Below are positions 51,107 to 64,000 of a stretch of 64,000 bases of DNA, piece by piece. The stretch is from NCBI RefSeq assembly GCF_964204645.1, contig NC_134033.1, forward strand, positions 1,322,131 through 1,386,130, in the 5' to 3' direction. Made by a program: the position numbers and the translations under genes. This DNA is from Tubulanus polymorphus. Its lineage: Eukaryota > Animalia > Nemertea. How positions within the stretch are numbered: the first letter of the stretch is position 1; each line of letters opens with the position of its first letter. Under the pieces are notes generated by a model. The model was given only the letters and a program-made list of their open reading frames with translations, ran no database searches and was not told where the DNA came from.

Positions 51107-54021
51107 CAACTAGAGATTTATAGATTTCAGCTTTAGGTTTATTGTAAATATCGATATCAATATCATGATTATCATTAGATCATTATTTTGAGGTATTAAT
51201 ATTGATATTGTTGCAATTATCAATATTAATATTAATATTACTAGATGTAAATAGATGTGATTAAAGTAAGAAGTATTGAATTGTTGTTTTTTTTGTTGAA
51301 TTTAATTTAATTGATTTCTGCTTTGATTTTTTCTCAGTTCAATGGCTTAGAATCGGGTGTGTGTTGCGAGTCCGCGTTACGCATTTTCAACATACCCAAA
51401 AATGGCGTATGAGTGTTAGATACAATAACAAAACAAGTAGCTAGAAATATTCTATGAATTACAGAAATTCATAGAAGATTCCGAATATACAGAAACCGTG
51501 ATCGTGACCGTCACCTTTTGAGTAAATGAATTGTAAAATACTTTCGCCTAGCTTCTACCGGACCTGCGAAACATTGTTATGAACATCCGTTATCTTTTCT
51601 GTAAAAACCGATGATGTCATAGGGAGATGTATGACGTGGTTATCAATTTGTAGTAATCAAACATAATTTTCATACCCATGTTCACGTATTTGCGAAAATT
51701 ATGAAATTCATTCAGTCATCTATTCTGAAAGGGTCTATAAGAACATTTGATGATGTCAAAGGGGGATTCAGGGAGCAATGTTTTTGCGGCGGGGGTGTTT
51801 AGATGGGATCACTGGTTAAATCGGTGATGTCATTGGGAGATTTATGTAGACATGCACCTTTTATAGAAGGGTATTTTGATCAGATCACTAGTAGACAATG
51901 TTTGATGACGTCATAGGGTGATTTATGAAGACATGCACATTTTCTAGAAGGGTACTTTGATCTGAGTAGACAATATTTGATAATGCCATATCGGGAATTT
52001 TGTGGGAAAATTATTGGAGGCATCAATTTGATGTAGATGACGTATTTAAGGCGGTGGTAATACCCGGAACCGGTGAGAAATGGTTGTTTTATGAAGCCGT
52101 GTTTTAGTGTTTTCCACGCGTGCCGCCTAACCGTTAAACTTCGTAGCGTTATTAATTTTCAATGAAATATTCATCAGCTTTTACGGGGCGCAAACGAATC
52201 GAAACTGATCGCGCGTAGAGTGATCGTAGCCGTGCACGTAGTGGTCTTTGAGACCGGTAGATCACGTCAAATACCGATCATTTATCATCATTCACTCGAC
52301 CACAACGTTCTTCACGTTACATACTCACAAACCGATTCCACTGTCGTCTTTTCCGCAAGGTCTGGATAAATAATGATGATGTCATAGAGGGGTTTATGCG
52401 GGCAGCCATCTTTTCTGCAAAGGTATGTTACTAAGTTATGATGTCATAGAGGAATTCATGAGGCAGCCATCGTTTTTGCGAAAGTATATTATGAAGTGAT
52501 GACATCATAGGAGGTTGCATGAGGCAGCCATCTTTTCTGCAAAGGTATATCATGAAGTAATGATATCATTGGGGGGATGTCTTTAGAGGCAGCCATGTTT
52601 TCTACAACGGTTTATGACGTCAGCGGATCTGTGAAGCAGCCATTGTGAGTTTAACTTCAACTGGCGTCAGTATATTTTGCTCCAAGCGCTCCGAAAAACT
52701 GCCTCGGAATCGTCGAGTAAAGATTTCCGAATAACTCGCGAGGAATTTCGCGAGTTATTCCCCGTGAATGCGATACTCGACGGAAATGTGAATTTCGTAA
52801 CTTTTTTCTGAGATAAAAATCGGGATCAAATTAAATCGATAGATCTTTGACTGTAAAATTGAGCGATGCGTCTCCGGGGTGAATATCCTAGATACGGCGA
52901 TCTAGAGCTCTAGATTTACGGTTACGGTTTGTCGTCGTATCTACGATGCGTGGAGAACTTCCTGTGTCTCCGGTGTGCGCTTGTAGATTTTTTCACGACG
53001 GGTTTGTTTGCAATCCAAACAACCCGTACACGACGCCGAGCCATTTTTCCCATTCACCGGAATATCTGGAAGACAAGACGCCGAGTGAAAGGCTGAATTT
53101 CACGCTCTGCGAAGCTTAAAGCTTTAATTTGCTAGAACTCTAGTTGTTCATCCTTCGTTCAAAGAGCGCGCGTATCATGTTCTGAACGCCGTTCAAATCA
53201 AGACATTTCACGCCCTTCTCACAACGCTGTCGTTTTTCAATATTTCGAAATCACCCTCCGATTCCGATTCGAAATCTACTTGTGCTAGAATTTCATGAAA
53301 ATTCTCGGTGTTTTTTGATACGTAAAAATGACTACTAGAAATCATCGATCGCGGCCGATGAAAAATGACAACATTTCCGCCGGGTGGGTCAAGGTCAGCC
53401 GGGAAGGGCGTATTGATTTATTTGTCTCTAACGAACCTGATAAACCGGCGGAGACTCTAACTAACCATATCTAAAGACCCGACGTTCAATGAGAATTGAC
53501 CGCTTGATAACGGTCGGGGCGACCTGAGGTCGGGCAAATTAACCGCAAATGTAATAGAAAAATCGCCGTCACCGCTGCTGCTTATGACGGCGGCGCGACT
53601 TGTGGCGCAGATGTGCGCGCGCGTTCCTTTCTACGAAGTCGGTGATAATGCGTTTAACTTAACTGAGCGTCGATCTAAGTTTATTACATCCGCAACGCGT
53701 TCCGGTCGTTCGATATTTATCGACCCGAAAATCGGTTGATAATTGTTGGCGTCAAGACGACGTTGAATTAAACGATTGACCGATTTTTTGTGTTGGTTAT
53801 TTATTAGTATCTGATCGTTGAGTTATTCGCTGTCGAATTTATGATTTTCTGTTATGCATCGTCGCAATCTTCGATCATTGTGTTATCACAACTGCGGTAT
53901 CGGACTCGGTGGCCTGGACCCTCATACCCCCCTCTCAGCCTGGGCCATGTAGCAAAATAGAGCCCAGGCTTAAGATTGTTCAGTTTAAAGAAAATCGCAC
54001 GTAAAACAGGTCCGAAAATGT

Positions 54022-54770
54022 TTCCTTGAGCTAGTGTAGTTTATTCAGCGTTTCGACTATATCCTAATAGTCATCTTCAGGAATACTGTATTCCTTGAGC
54101 TAGTTTAGTTTATTCAACGTTTCGACTATATCCTAATAGTCATCTTCAGGAATACTGTATTCCTTGAGCTAGTGTAGTCTGTTCAACGTTTCGACTATAT
54201 CCTAATAACCATCTTCAGGAATACTGCATTCCTTGAGCTAGTGTAGTTTATTCAACGTTTCGACTATATCCTAATAGTCATCTTCAGGAATACTGTATTC
54301 CTTGAGCTAGTGTAGTTTATTCAACGTTTCGACTATATCCTAATAGTCATCTTCAGGAATACCGTATTCCTTGAGCTCGTGTAGTTTATTCAAAATTTCG
54401 ACTATATCCTAATAGTCATCTTCAGGAATACTGTATTCCTTGAGCTAGTGTAGTTTATTCAACGTTTCCACTATATCCTAATAGTCATCTTCAGGAATAC
54501 TGTATTCCTTGAGCTAGTGTAGTTTATTCAACGTTTCGACTATATCCTAATAGTCATCTTCAGGAATACTGTATTCCTTGAGCTAGTGTAGTTAATTCAA
54601 CGTTTCCACTATATCCTAATAGTCATCTTCAAGAATACTGTATTCCTTGAGCTAGTGTAGTTTATTCAACGTTTCGACTATATCCTAATAGTCATCTTCA
54701 GGAATACTGTATTCCTTGAGCTAATGTAGTTTATTCAAAATTTCGACTATATCCTAATAGTCATCTTCAG
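54022..54770 (-). ncRNA. Tandem array of 11 x 69-bp units, each a minimal (type I, Penelope/retrozyme-like) hammerhead ribozyme on the minus strand
   Basis: The minus-strand unit reads UAUUC-CUGAAGA-U-GACUAU-uaggau-AUAGUC-GAAA-C-GUU-GAAUA. This gives stem I UAUUC/GAAUA, core CUGANGA and GAAA, a 6-bp stem II, palindromic AACGUU in place of stem III, and an NUH site GUU. Units start at 54022 and repeat every 69 bp. Confidence 0.8.
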
Positions 54771-55418
54771 AAACGTTGAACAGCTAAAGGAACGTACAAT
54801 ATGGTGGTTAAGATTGTTAAGCCTTAAGATTATTTGAAATTTTTGCACTCATGCAACTATGCCTTGTTGTAAATAAATCAAGAGTGTGATTGGTTTTATT
54901 CAGTGCTGTGTTGTGTGAGTTCACGAGGACCCAGTTCCACAGAACCCACAGGAATTAAAGACTAGAGATCATCTCCAATGTTCAAACTCTAAGTCACATT
55001 TATACCGCGAACTGTGGAACTGGAGCCTGTACGCAATTTATGTACAAAGCTACACAGTAAATGATTTTTAAAAATGTACATACCTTCACATACTGTATTC
55101 AAATATAGGCACATCCGGAGAAAGATGTCTGTCTCTTTGAATCACCCTATGACATCATCACTTTAACAATGTAGTGTGATCATATCATAGGGTGATTCAT
55201 GGGTCAGCCATCTTTTTTGGGTGCAATTTATATATATATATATATATAAACCTAGCAACTACCGGTAAACGTGAAAATGCATATCATTATAAAAATCTGA
55301 TAAAAACAATTGTAAATAGGGGGCGAATGATTAATCAATTATGATTATGATTAATTACGTAACGTATATATGTATATTATAATTATTAAGATTATTATTA
55401 ATATATGCTTTTTCTACA

Positions 55419-55442
55419 AATAAAGCAATACAATCAAATAAA
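55419..55442 (+). terminator. Candidate distal polyadenylation signals for neuroligin (two AATAAA; others at 54872 AATAAA and ~51260 ATTAAA)
   Basis: AATAAA at 55419 and 55437 in an AT-rich context, followed by a T/GT-rich tract (~55467-55495). Usage cannot be determined from sequence. Confidence 0.35.
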
Positions 55443-55589
55443 TGAATCAGTTATATCAAAAGCACACTTGTACTGATCTTGTTTATTTCGTTCGATGCAA
55501 AAGATGTCGGCCTCCCTAATCCCCGTATAATATCATCATCAAATTGAACAGTAGATTCGTCTCGATAAAGGTAGCCGCCTCCATAAATC

Positions 55590-55790
55590 CCCCTATGACA
55601 TCAGCTGGCTGCCAGTTGGTACCGTTCAGACGGATGTCTCTAGAATTCCCCCTATGACATCAGCTGGCTGCCAGTTGGTACCGTTCAGACGGATGTCTCT
55701 AGAATTCCCCCTATGACATCAGCTGGCTGCCAGGTGGTACCGTTCAGACGGATGTCTCTAGAATCCCCCTGACATCAGCTACCAGTGGAC
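55590..55790. repeat. 59-bp tandem repeat x ~3
   Basis: cccctatgacatcagctggctgccagttggtaccgttcagacggatgtctctagaatt. Confidence 0.88.
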
Positions 55791-56281
55791 ACCGAAAGAC
55801 AGTACATATAGAATCCCCCCTATGACATCATCAAATTTACCTAATTTGATATACAGGCCTTTCCAAGAGAAAACGTATACTTCAATCCTTGAGATCCCCT
55901 ATGACGTCATCAAAACGCTGAGCTGATAAGATACATACATCATATTGCCTACTGTTATCTGTTCAAACTCCCGAGTGTGTCGGCGGCAATAGAGAGAGAT
56001 GTATTTCTGTTCTGTAACGAGGTTTTTATCAAAAGGATTTGCTCGAAAGTCGATCTAATGCAATTTGTAAGGATTCGTTTTACATTGACGACATTAAGTG
56101 GCTGCCGCGGAACATCAGACTAAAATGGCTTCGCTCTATGTCGAATATCTTAAGACTTTCGAAATTAGAGATTTGAAAGTGGTATAACCGGCAATTCGTC
56201 ACATTAGCAGCAGCTCGGTCGTGTAGCCCGCTTCTCGCTAATGAACCTCAGTAACGGCGGTGGACTCTGATTGATGATACA

Positions 56282-56816
<535 letters not shown>

Positions 56817-56934
56817 TAGCTGGTGTGGTGGTTTTTTTAATGTCACAATGCTGGCGCTCACAAACAGACGATCAAAATCCGTATCTTCATAATACATGCA
56901 TCAGAAGTTAGGGAAGGATTTAGAGGCTTGTCTC

Positions 56935-58128
56935 TTCCATCGTCAGGGGTGGATTTAGAGGCTGGTATCTTCCACGTCAGGGGTGGATTTAGAGGCTGGC
57001 CTATTCCACCGTCAGGGGTGGATTTAGAGGCTGGTATCTTCCACCGTCAGGGGTGGATTTAGCGGCTGGTCTCTCCCACCGTCAGGGGTGGATTTAGCGC
57101 CTGGTCTCTCCCACCGTCAGGGGTGGATTTAGCGCCTGGTCTCTTCCACCGTCAGGGGTGGATTTAGCGGCTGGTCTCTTCCACCGTCAGGGGTGGATTT
57201 AGCGGCTGGTCTCTTCCACCGTCAGGGGTGGATTTAGCGCCTGGTCTCTCCCACCGTCAGGGGTGGATTTAGCGCCTGGTCTCTCCCACCGTCAGGGGTG
57301 GATTTAGCGGCTGGTCTCTTCCACCGTCAGGGGTGGATTTAGCGGCTGGTCTCTCCCACCGTCAGGGGTGGATTTAGCGCCTGGTCTCTTCCACCGTCAG
57401 GGGTGGATTTAGCGGCTGGTCTCTTCCACCGTCAGGGGTGGATTTAGCGGCTGGTCTCTCCCACCGTCAGGGGTGGATTTTAGCGCCTGGTCTCTTCCAC
57501 CGTCAGGGGTGGATTTAGCGCCTGGTCTCTTCCACCGTCAGGGGTGGATTTAGCGGCTGGTCTCTTCCACCGTCAGGGGTGGATTTAGCGGCTGGTCTCT
57601 CCCACCGTCAGGGGTGGATTTAGCGCCTGGTCTCTTCCACCGTCAGGGGTGGATTTAGCGGCTGGTCTCTTCCACCGTCAGGGGTGGATTTAGCGGCTGG
57701 TCTCTCCCACCGTCAGGGGTGGATTTAGCGCCTGGTCTCTTCCACCGTCAGGGGTGGATTTAGCGGCTGGTCTCTTCCACCGTCAGGGGTGGATTTAGCG
57801 GCTGGTCTCTCCCACCGTCAGGGGTGGATTTAGCGCCTGGTCTCTTCCACCGTCAGGGGTGGATTTAGCGCCTGGTCTCTTCCACCGTCAGGGGTGGATT
57901 TAGCGGCTGGTCTCTTCCACCGTCAGGGGTGGATTTAGCGGCTGGTCTCTCCCACCGTCAGGGGTGGATTTAGCGGCTGGTCTCTCCCACCGTCAGGGGT
58001 GGATTTAGCGCCTGGTCTCTCCCACCGTCAGGGGTGGATTTAGCGGCTGGTCTCTCCCACCGTCAGGGGTGGATTTAGCGCTGGTCTCTTCCACCGTCAG
58101 GGGTGGATTTAGCGCCTGGTATCTTCCA
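56935..58128. repeat. Minisatellite, 35-bp unit x ~34
   Basis: ccaccgtcaggggtggatttagcg(g/c)ctggtctct(t/c), with an internal 6-bp hairpin tccacc/ggtgga. Confidence 0.97.
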
Positions 58129-58827
58129 GCCCTCGGCCTTTCAATTGAGATTGTTCCGTCGTGACAAAGATCATTAAAACCTTCAAAACCTTTGACGCCC
58201 ACCTTCAATCATAGGGGGGGGGGGGGCTTGTAGAAACAGCCATCTTATGCAAAAGAGTTTATCTAGGCGTTGATCAAATTGATCATTTGTTGCATTGTAA
58301 TTGACAATTTGATGATGTCATAAGGAGGACAGCCAAAGCTGCCATCTTGAGAAGAGTCTGTTATAGCTGAGAAAATCACAAGTAAACAATTTGATGATGT
58401 CATAGGGGGATTTGTGGAAGCCACCATCTTTAAAACGGAAGGTTTCTACAGGATTTTTTTGTCGAAAGTCTGAATTCTTTGTGAAACGCAATATTCCATC
58501 GCTCGGAAAGGTCGTATATTTGCATGTTATCTGATCTTTGATACCCTTTAGTACATCATCCGACTAAGGCACTTTTTATGCTTATGATCCTTGTCCCCTT
58601 TTTCTGAAGAAGAAATTCTCGAGTCTGAAAAAAAAATTCAAACGCGAGTTTCGTTGGTTTCGATTGTGGTCGATGACACCGGAAATACTGCTCTTAAACA
58701 GCCTTCGACATCAAAGAACTGGAAAGTTAACGCAGATCTGAAGAACGTGTGCTATAAAGGAAAAGCGCCAAACCAGAACCGAATCGCACCGACTCGAAAT
58801 CCGCCGGGAATGTATTTATTCTAGGGA

Positions 58828-59052
58828 TAAGGCCAAAAAAAATTGATACCTCGTTTCTGCGCTCTGCTGAGCTTAAATGTTGACCCGGTCGGCCGCCTAT
58901 CTACCCTATACATTACTTTTTTAAAAATCGTGATCAATTTCACCGTAACAGACCCGGCCGCTATAGAAATGAACTGTTTATAAATTTTATCATATTTTAC
59001 AAAAATGACCCGGCCGCTGCGGAGAAACAAGGTATCATTTTTGTTTAGCCTA
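58828..59052. mobile_element. Dispersed TIR repeat family; other copies at ~2376-2870 and ~14330-14905
   Basis: Shared blocks tgatacct(t/c)gtttct, gttgaccc.gtcggccgcctatctacc and cagacccggc.g.tatagaaatg, plus the inverted end agaaacaaggtatcatt. Confidence 0.7.
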
Positions 59053-59504
59053 AAAGCAGATTTTCAGTATGAAAAGAAACGAAACGTTCTTGTTTACAGT
59101 GAACTAACACTGAGATTGTATCAATAGGCGCGTCGTGGGTATAAGATATCAGCGCTACTTACCTTTAACTGTGATAAGACCTATACGCAGATAAGCATGT
59201 AGGTGACGACATACTTTTCGTATTTGAAACGTCGCGCTTTGATATAAAAAGTAAATTCTAATCGTTTTGTAAATAGCGAGATCCCTCTTAACAGGTTTGA
59301 ATACGCCTTAATCGGTTAGGCAAGTTTACAGTAAACGGAACTGTGTGATTATTCGGGTAGGAATTTTTCGATGACGACCGGAATTTTGAAAACGTGAGAA
59401 AAATCGACGGAGCCGCGAGTCGCACTGGGAATCGAGAATAGTAGATTTTCAAATATTCGAAAAGTGGTAGATTTTCAGTTGGGATCGCGCCGAAAAAAAA
59501 AACC

Positions 59505-59579
59505 ATGAAGAGATTTTTTAGACGTATCAGAGATTTCGCGACCGGAAGTCCGGATTCGTCGAACGAAGATGCAGAGTTG
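59505..59579 (+). CDS. NACHT-LRR (NLR-like) gene, putative first coding exon
   Basis: aaaaccATG start context. Encodes MKRFFRRIRDFATGSPDSSNEDAEL, followed by a consensus donor gtgagt (59580). Phase 0 fits the next exon. Confidence 0.7.
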
Positions 59580-60065
59580 GTGAGTAAATCGGCGCATTTT
59601 ACACGTATCTATCGTCATCGGGTGTCATAGCTTGACTTCACGCCTCACCCATCCTTATAGGAAATAATTTTGTTACGAAATTGCCAAGATAGTTGCCCAG
59701 CTAGTTGCAATATTTTGATTTCTACCAAAATAAATTCAGATAATAAGCCTTTTTCCAGTTTCCAGGCACCATTTTTGGGGTACCTGCCGGGTCCGCTTGT
59801 TGATGTTTTTGTCCCTATTTTGTCCCCGTTCAATTATTTCTATTTCTTTCATATCTCTGGATTGCATCAGGATAGAAACAATTATTTAATAATACTCCAC
59901 CCGTAGCCTGTTATTCAGACGATAGTTATCTTGTTTCTTATTTGTAATTTTTGTCCGGAAAAAACTTGCCCGGTCCAAACAGTCTACCGGCGCGTGGATC
60001 TCGCGAAAATGATTCTTTTATAGCGATTGAATATTCTAATCTATTTCATTGATTTTTTTTCGCAG

Positions 60066-60099
60066 ACGAACGAACGGAAATGTCAACTAAATCAGATCA
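60066..60099 (+). CDS. NACHT-LRR gene, 34-nt exon 2
   Basis: ttttttttcgcag| acceptor, TNERKCQLNQI, A|gtgagt donor. Phases 0/1 link exons 1 and 3. Confidence 0.72.
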
Positions 60100-60189
60100 G
60101 TGAGTATTTCAAGATTTCTGGAAAAAAGATCAAATTTTCCAAGAAAAATTGTCAGAATTGATATTTAAGTGATAACACTTTGTTTCTAG

Positions 60190-60438
60190 GTACCGCGATA
60201 CCCGATTATCTGAAAACGCTGTACAAAGAACGCTTTGGGATGCTTAAACCGGAACCGTGGGAGGCCGAACACTCTACCCGTCAATTCGTTCCGTTTACCA
60301 GCCGTCATCCTCGCCTACAAATTGCGTTAACCAAATCGACCGGCGAGGTCTTGGAATTAAGCCTACCATCGGGTGACGTCACGAATGAACTATTCTCCGC
60401 GCGGGCGGATACGCGTGTTCGGTGCGCTTGTATCAAAG
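60190..60438 (+). CDS. NACHT-LRR gene, exon 3 (pre-NACHT region up to first Gly of Walker A)
   Basis: tgtttctag|GT acceptor, G|gtaata donor. Encodes TAIPDYLKTLYKERFGMLKPEPW...VRCACIKG. The 'LK..Y......L.P.PW' pattern resembles the segment preceding NACHT domains in invertebrate NLRs. Confidence 0.85.
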
Positions 60439-60522
60439 GTAATAAGGCGCTGATGATTAAACCGTTAAACCGTTAACGAAATTTGAATTTTGAAATTTAG
60501 ATATTTTCATCTCGTTCTGTAG

Positions 60523-63065
60523 GAAGTATTGATACTGGTAAAACTACGATGATTCGAAAGATCGCTTTAGATTGGGTCGGAAGTGAACCGTACGTGAACA
60601 AATACAAAACCGTTTACGCAGCGGACCTGGAAGATTTAAACTACAACGGCGACCAATCATTCCTCGAATTACTAGCCGAGATGCTGCCCTCTGGTGGCGA
60701 GGGCGAGAAGCTGACGGCGAAAGAAATCGAATATATTTTGGAGTCAAACTCGAACGACGAGAGTTTATTTCTGTTGGATAACATCGACCTGGTCGACGAC
60801 GAACTGAAACGCGCCGAAATCGTCGACTTCCTCGAAGAACCGCCAGGTGGCGACAAAACCGTCGTCGTGGTGACGTGCAGACGGGATCGGGTGTTGGAAG
60901 ATTTGGAGGTCGAGCACGAGTGGTTCTGTTTGCGAGGAATGACGGTGAATCAGGCTAAGAGGAATCCGTTCCCGTCCTCGCGGCGCCGATCCAGCTCAAC
61001 TCTGAGCGCGATGCTACTCGTCAGTAAAAAGTCATCGTCGAAGAAAAAATGTTTCAAAAAACCACCGACAGGCGGCGTGCAGAAAGTACCCGGATTTCTA
61101 ATCGATAAACAATTCGTGAAACCGTTATATTTGAAAATCTACGACGCTCTGTACATGCGGAAGAATTCTCGTCGCCGTCCGGCAGCCTCTATACCCGCCA
61201 TGTTGAACGATTTCATGTACCACGTGATGGGCGAATTCACCGGAAGTTTCATCGATTCGGTCACCAACTATCACGTGATCGGCGAATTGTGCATCCTGGC
61301 GCAGGAGAGTTTACGCGCCGGAAGCTGGAAACTGGCGGACGAACAGCTGAACGAGAAAAGCGGAATCGTGGCGGCGTTGTTGGAGAAACGACGCGATTGT
61401 GAGCGTCGCTTCTGCAGTAAGTCAATCCATACCTACCTGGCCGGGTTGGGTGTCGTCACCCCGTTCGATAACCGGATCCCCTTCGATCGAGTCTCATTCG
61501 ACCGAATCGATTCCGAACTGGAGAAATTCGGTAAATTATTCCTGGCTTCGATCGTCCATTCGTTGGACGCGACCGGTAACGACGCCTGGCGGACGCTGAT
61601 CGAAACAGTGCTCGATCGAACGGCTCTACCGACCGGATGTACGCACGGTCTCTACTGCGCGTGCGCGGTCGTCACGCGACAGCTGCTGAGTCACTCGGCT
61701 TCGTTCTGGTGCCCGGAAGACGACGAGCACCTGTTGACCCTTGCCAACAGTTGCGTGGTCACGTGTCGCAACTACGACGTGTATTTCCACATGCAGAGAT
61801 TGATGACGAGTTTGGTTCCGGGGGTCGGTTTGAACTGCGAAGCGACACTGGAGCTGATGTCGTCGTTCCTGTCGCCTATAGTGTATCTAAACCGCGACAC
61901 GAGCCCCGTCATACAGGCACTGGTTCCCGTACTGCTGGCCCGTCAAACCTGCCCCATCGAAATCATCTTTCTCTGCCACACGTTCAACATGACTGCCGCC
62001 TATAAGGACCGTATCGAAGACGGTCTCCGTCAAAACCGTTCGGTTCGAGGAATAGTCGCGGTAACCGTGCCCGGGGTGACGCTTCAGTGGACCGGATACC
62101 GCAAGTGCCCGACTGTCACGTGGTTTCTGACCTTGGCATTCACGACAGACGAGGATTTCTACCATTTGAAGGCCGACGATAAAAAACGGTTTCGTCTGCT
62201 CGAGAAACGGAACGACCACTGGCACGTGACCGGTCGTTCGCTCGGTATTGAAGATTTGCGCGATCGCGACGCGGAGGAGCCGTTAGAACGACTGCACCTC
62301 CGTCTACCGGCCGAACGCGGAAGCTCCACTTTGATCGCCATCACGAAGCTTTTAAAACATCCATACCCGCTGACCCACTTATACCTGGACGGAGGCGCCC
62401 CCGACGATCCGGAAGACTACACGAACCATCTCAAAAACGTCATCCCAAATCTTCGAGAATTACGTCTCGGTTCGTTGATACGTTCGAACGGTCACGTGGA
62501 CTTTGTCCGAGTCGTCCGATTGGCCAATAACCTACGAACCGTCCAGGTGGGCGTGGATATGAATAACACGTCTCGTAATGTCTGTCAATCAATCGGTCAG
62601 TTGGTGAATTTAACCGGATTTCACGCCGGCTTGAACACCTACCACTGGCCGACGACCTTGGGATGTTACCCGGCGCTCGCAGATTTGACTATCTACCTGA
62701 AAAACGACGAACAAACTCAAAACATCCTCGACTTCATGAATCACAGCCGATCACGTGATCTACGCGTGCTCCGACTGGAAACCGGAAGCGGTTACGAACA
62801 GCCGGAAGTGGACGACGTAACCGCCATATTGGATTCGATCGGAAATCACGAGAATCTGATATCGGCGCGATTGTGTTTCTTAGGCGTTGAACTATCGGAG
62901 GCGCAAATCGCGCAGATTGCAGAAATTATCGGCGATCACATCGGTCTCGTACATCTGAGTCTATTCACGAGAAACAGCGCCACCTTGCTAGAGCAGGAAG
63001 AACTAAAAGATGCCCTTCGCCGATCCGTTCGACCGCGCTTCGTCGAAACAAAATTCACTCGATAA
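60523..63065 (+). CDS. NACHT-LRR (NLR-like STAND NTPase) gene, large terminal exon; full spliced product about 966 aa
   Basis: ttctgtag|GA acceptor. The spliced Walker A reads G-SIDT-GKTT-MIRKIALDW. Other motifs: Walker B LFLLDNID, sensor-1 VVVVTCR, 'PLYLKI', WHD-like FCSKSIHTYLAG, and C-terminal LxxLxL repeats (LERLHL, LTHLYL, LRELRL, LADLTI, LRVLRL, LVHLSL). The four exons total 2901 nt, divisible by 3. Confidence 0.88.
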
Positions 63066-63102
63066 TTCAATTCCGATGACGTCATAAAATGTCTGCCTCC
63101 TG

Positions 63103-63202
63103 GGCCTAGTTCCACAGTTGTGAGTTAGAAATAATTCAGTTCTTTTTCAGTTCATTTTCAACTTCAAAGTAAAATCTTAACTCAGAACTGTGGAACTAGA
63201 TC
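63103..63202. mobile_element. Harbinger-like MITE (TIR ctagttccacagtt), CTG TSD; relatives at ~46620-46695, 54928-55025 and 63326-63428
   Basis: ctg|ggcCTAGTTCCACAGTTgTGAGTTA...TAACTCAgAACTGTGGAACTAGatc|ctg. Confidence 0.7.
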
Positions 63203-64000
63203 CTGAATTCCATCCTATGTCGAATTGGTTTGTGAAGGTGATTCGATATGATGTCGTTGAAGGGGGGGGGTTATATGAAGGTGGCCATGTTTTCTGGAAG
63301 GGTCTTCATAGATCAGGTTACCAGCTGGATCCAGTTCCACAGTTGTGACATACAGTTAGTTCTGAGTTGAAGTTAGTTCATTTTTTCAATGAGTTAACTC
63401 ACAGTCAGATCTCGGAACTGTGGGCCCAGTAGATTATGATGACGTCATTAAATGGATTAATGACAAGGTTGAAACGATCTATACGAATATTTGATGACGT
63501 CAAAGGGGGATTTAGGGAGCAGCCATCTTTCCTGGTGTTTAGACGAGATTAACAGATAAATCGGTGATGTCTTAGGGAGATTTTTGGATTAAGCCATCTT
63601 TTCTGGAATCCGTTTATAGGGCAAATGTCTAGAAGGTAATTTGATGATGTCATAATTCGGTTACTAACTCCCTGGTCATTCAAACAGACAACCCGATACC
63701 GGCTTCATTCATGTTCTGCGCACGCATGTCTGTCGTCTGCTGATACTAGATCCGTATCGGAAACAAGACTACATCATATTCACCCGGATATTGGAGCAGG
63801 CGAGTGTAATAATCGATATCCATCTCAACTGGTTTAGAAGAATTGTTCTATCGTGCTCAAGTCGGTGAAGATTGACCAGGCTTAATTTCCATTTCCGAGA
63901 AAAAAAGGTTTTGCTTGTTCCTGGGAATTGATATAGAGGTTCTGCTTGTTCCTGAGACTCAAAAGGTTTCGCTTATTCCCGAGAAAAAAGGTTTTGCTTG

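Overview
Repeat-rich eukaryotic genomic DNA with GT-AG introns. It comes from a bilaterian invertebrate, possibly a lophotrochozoan (inference), and is not prokaryotic. Two spliced genes lie on the + strand. (1) The 3' five coding exons of a neuroligin: 29638-29808, 44954-45139, 45674-46472, 47031-47149 and 50247-51106. They encode an inactive cholinesterase-like domain, a TM helix and a C-terminal PDZ ligand (-VTIV). The N-terminal exons were not found, so 1-29637 is probably intron. (2) An apparently complete 4-exon, 966-aa NACHT-LRR (NLR-like) gene at 59505-63065 with a Walker A split by an intron and no recognisable death-fold domain. The rest is microsatellites, minisatellites, MITEs (P-like with an 8-bp TSD, Harbinger-like with CTG TSDs, TA-flanked), tRNA-derived SINE-like heads and LINE RT relics. 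Most notable: a 69-bp x11 tandem array (54022-54770) whose minus strand is a chain of minimal hammerhead ribozymes of the Penelope/retrozyme type. Related hammerheads occur at 23.8 kb and 31.2 kb, and a second family at 7.7 and 46.9 kb. Also notable is a 60-bp tandem repeat that multiplies a whole neuroligin 3' splice site (TACTAAC branch point plus CAG), with each decoy followed by an in-frame stop inside a CTCF-like motif.
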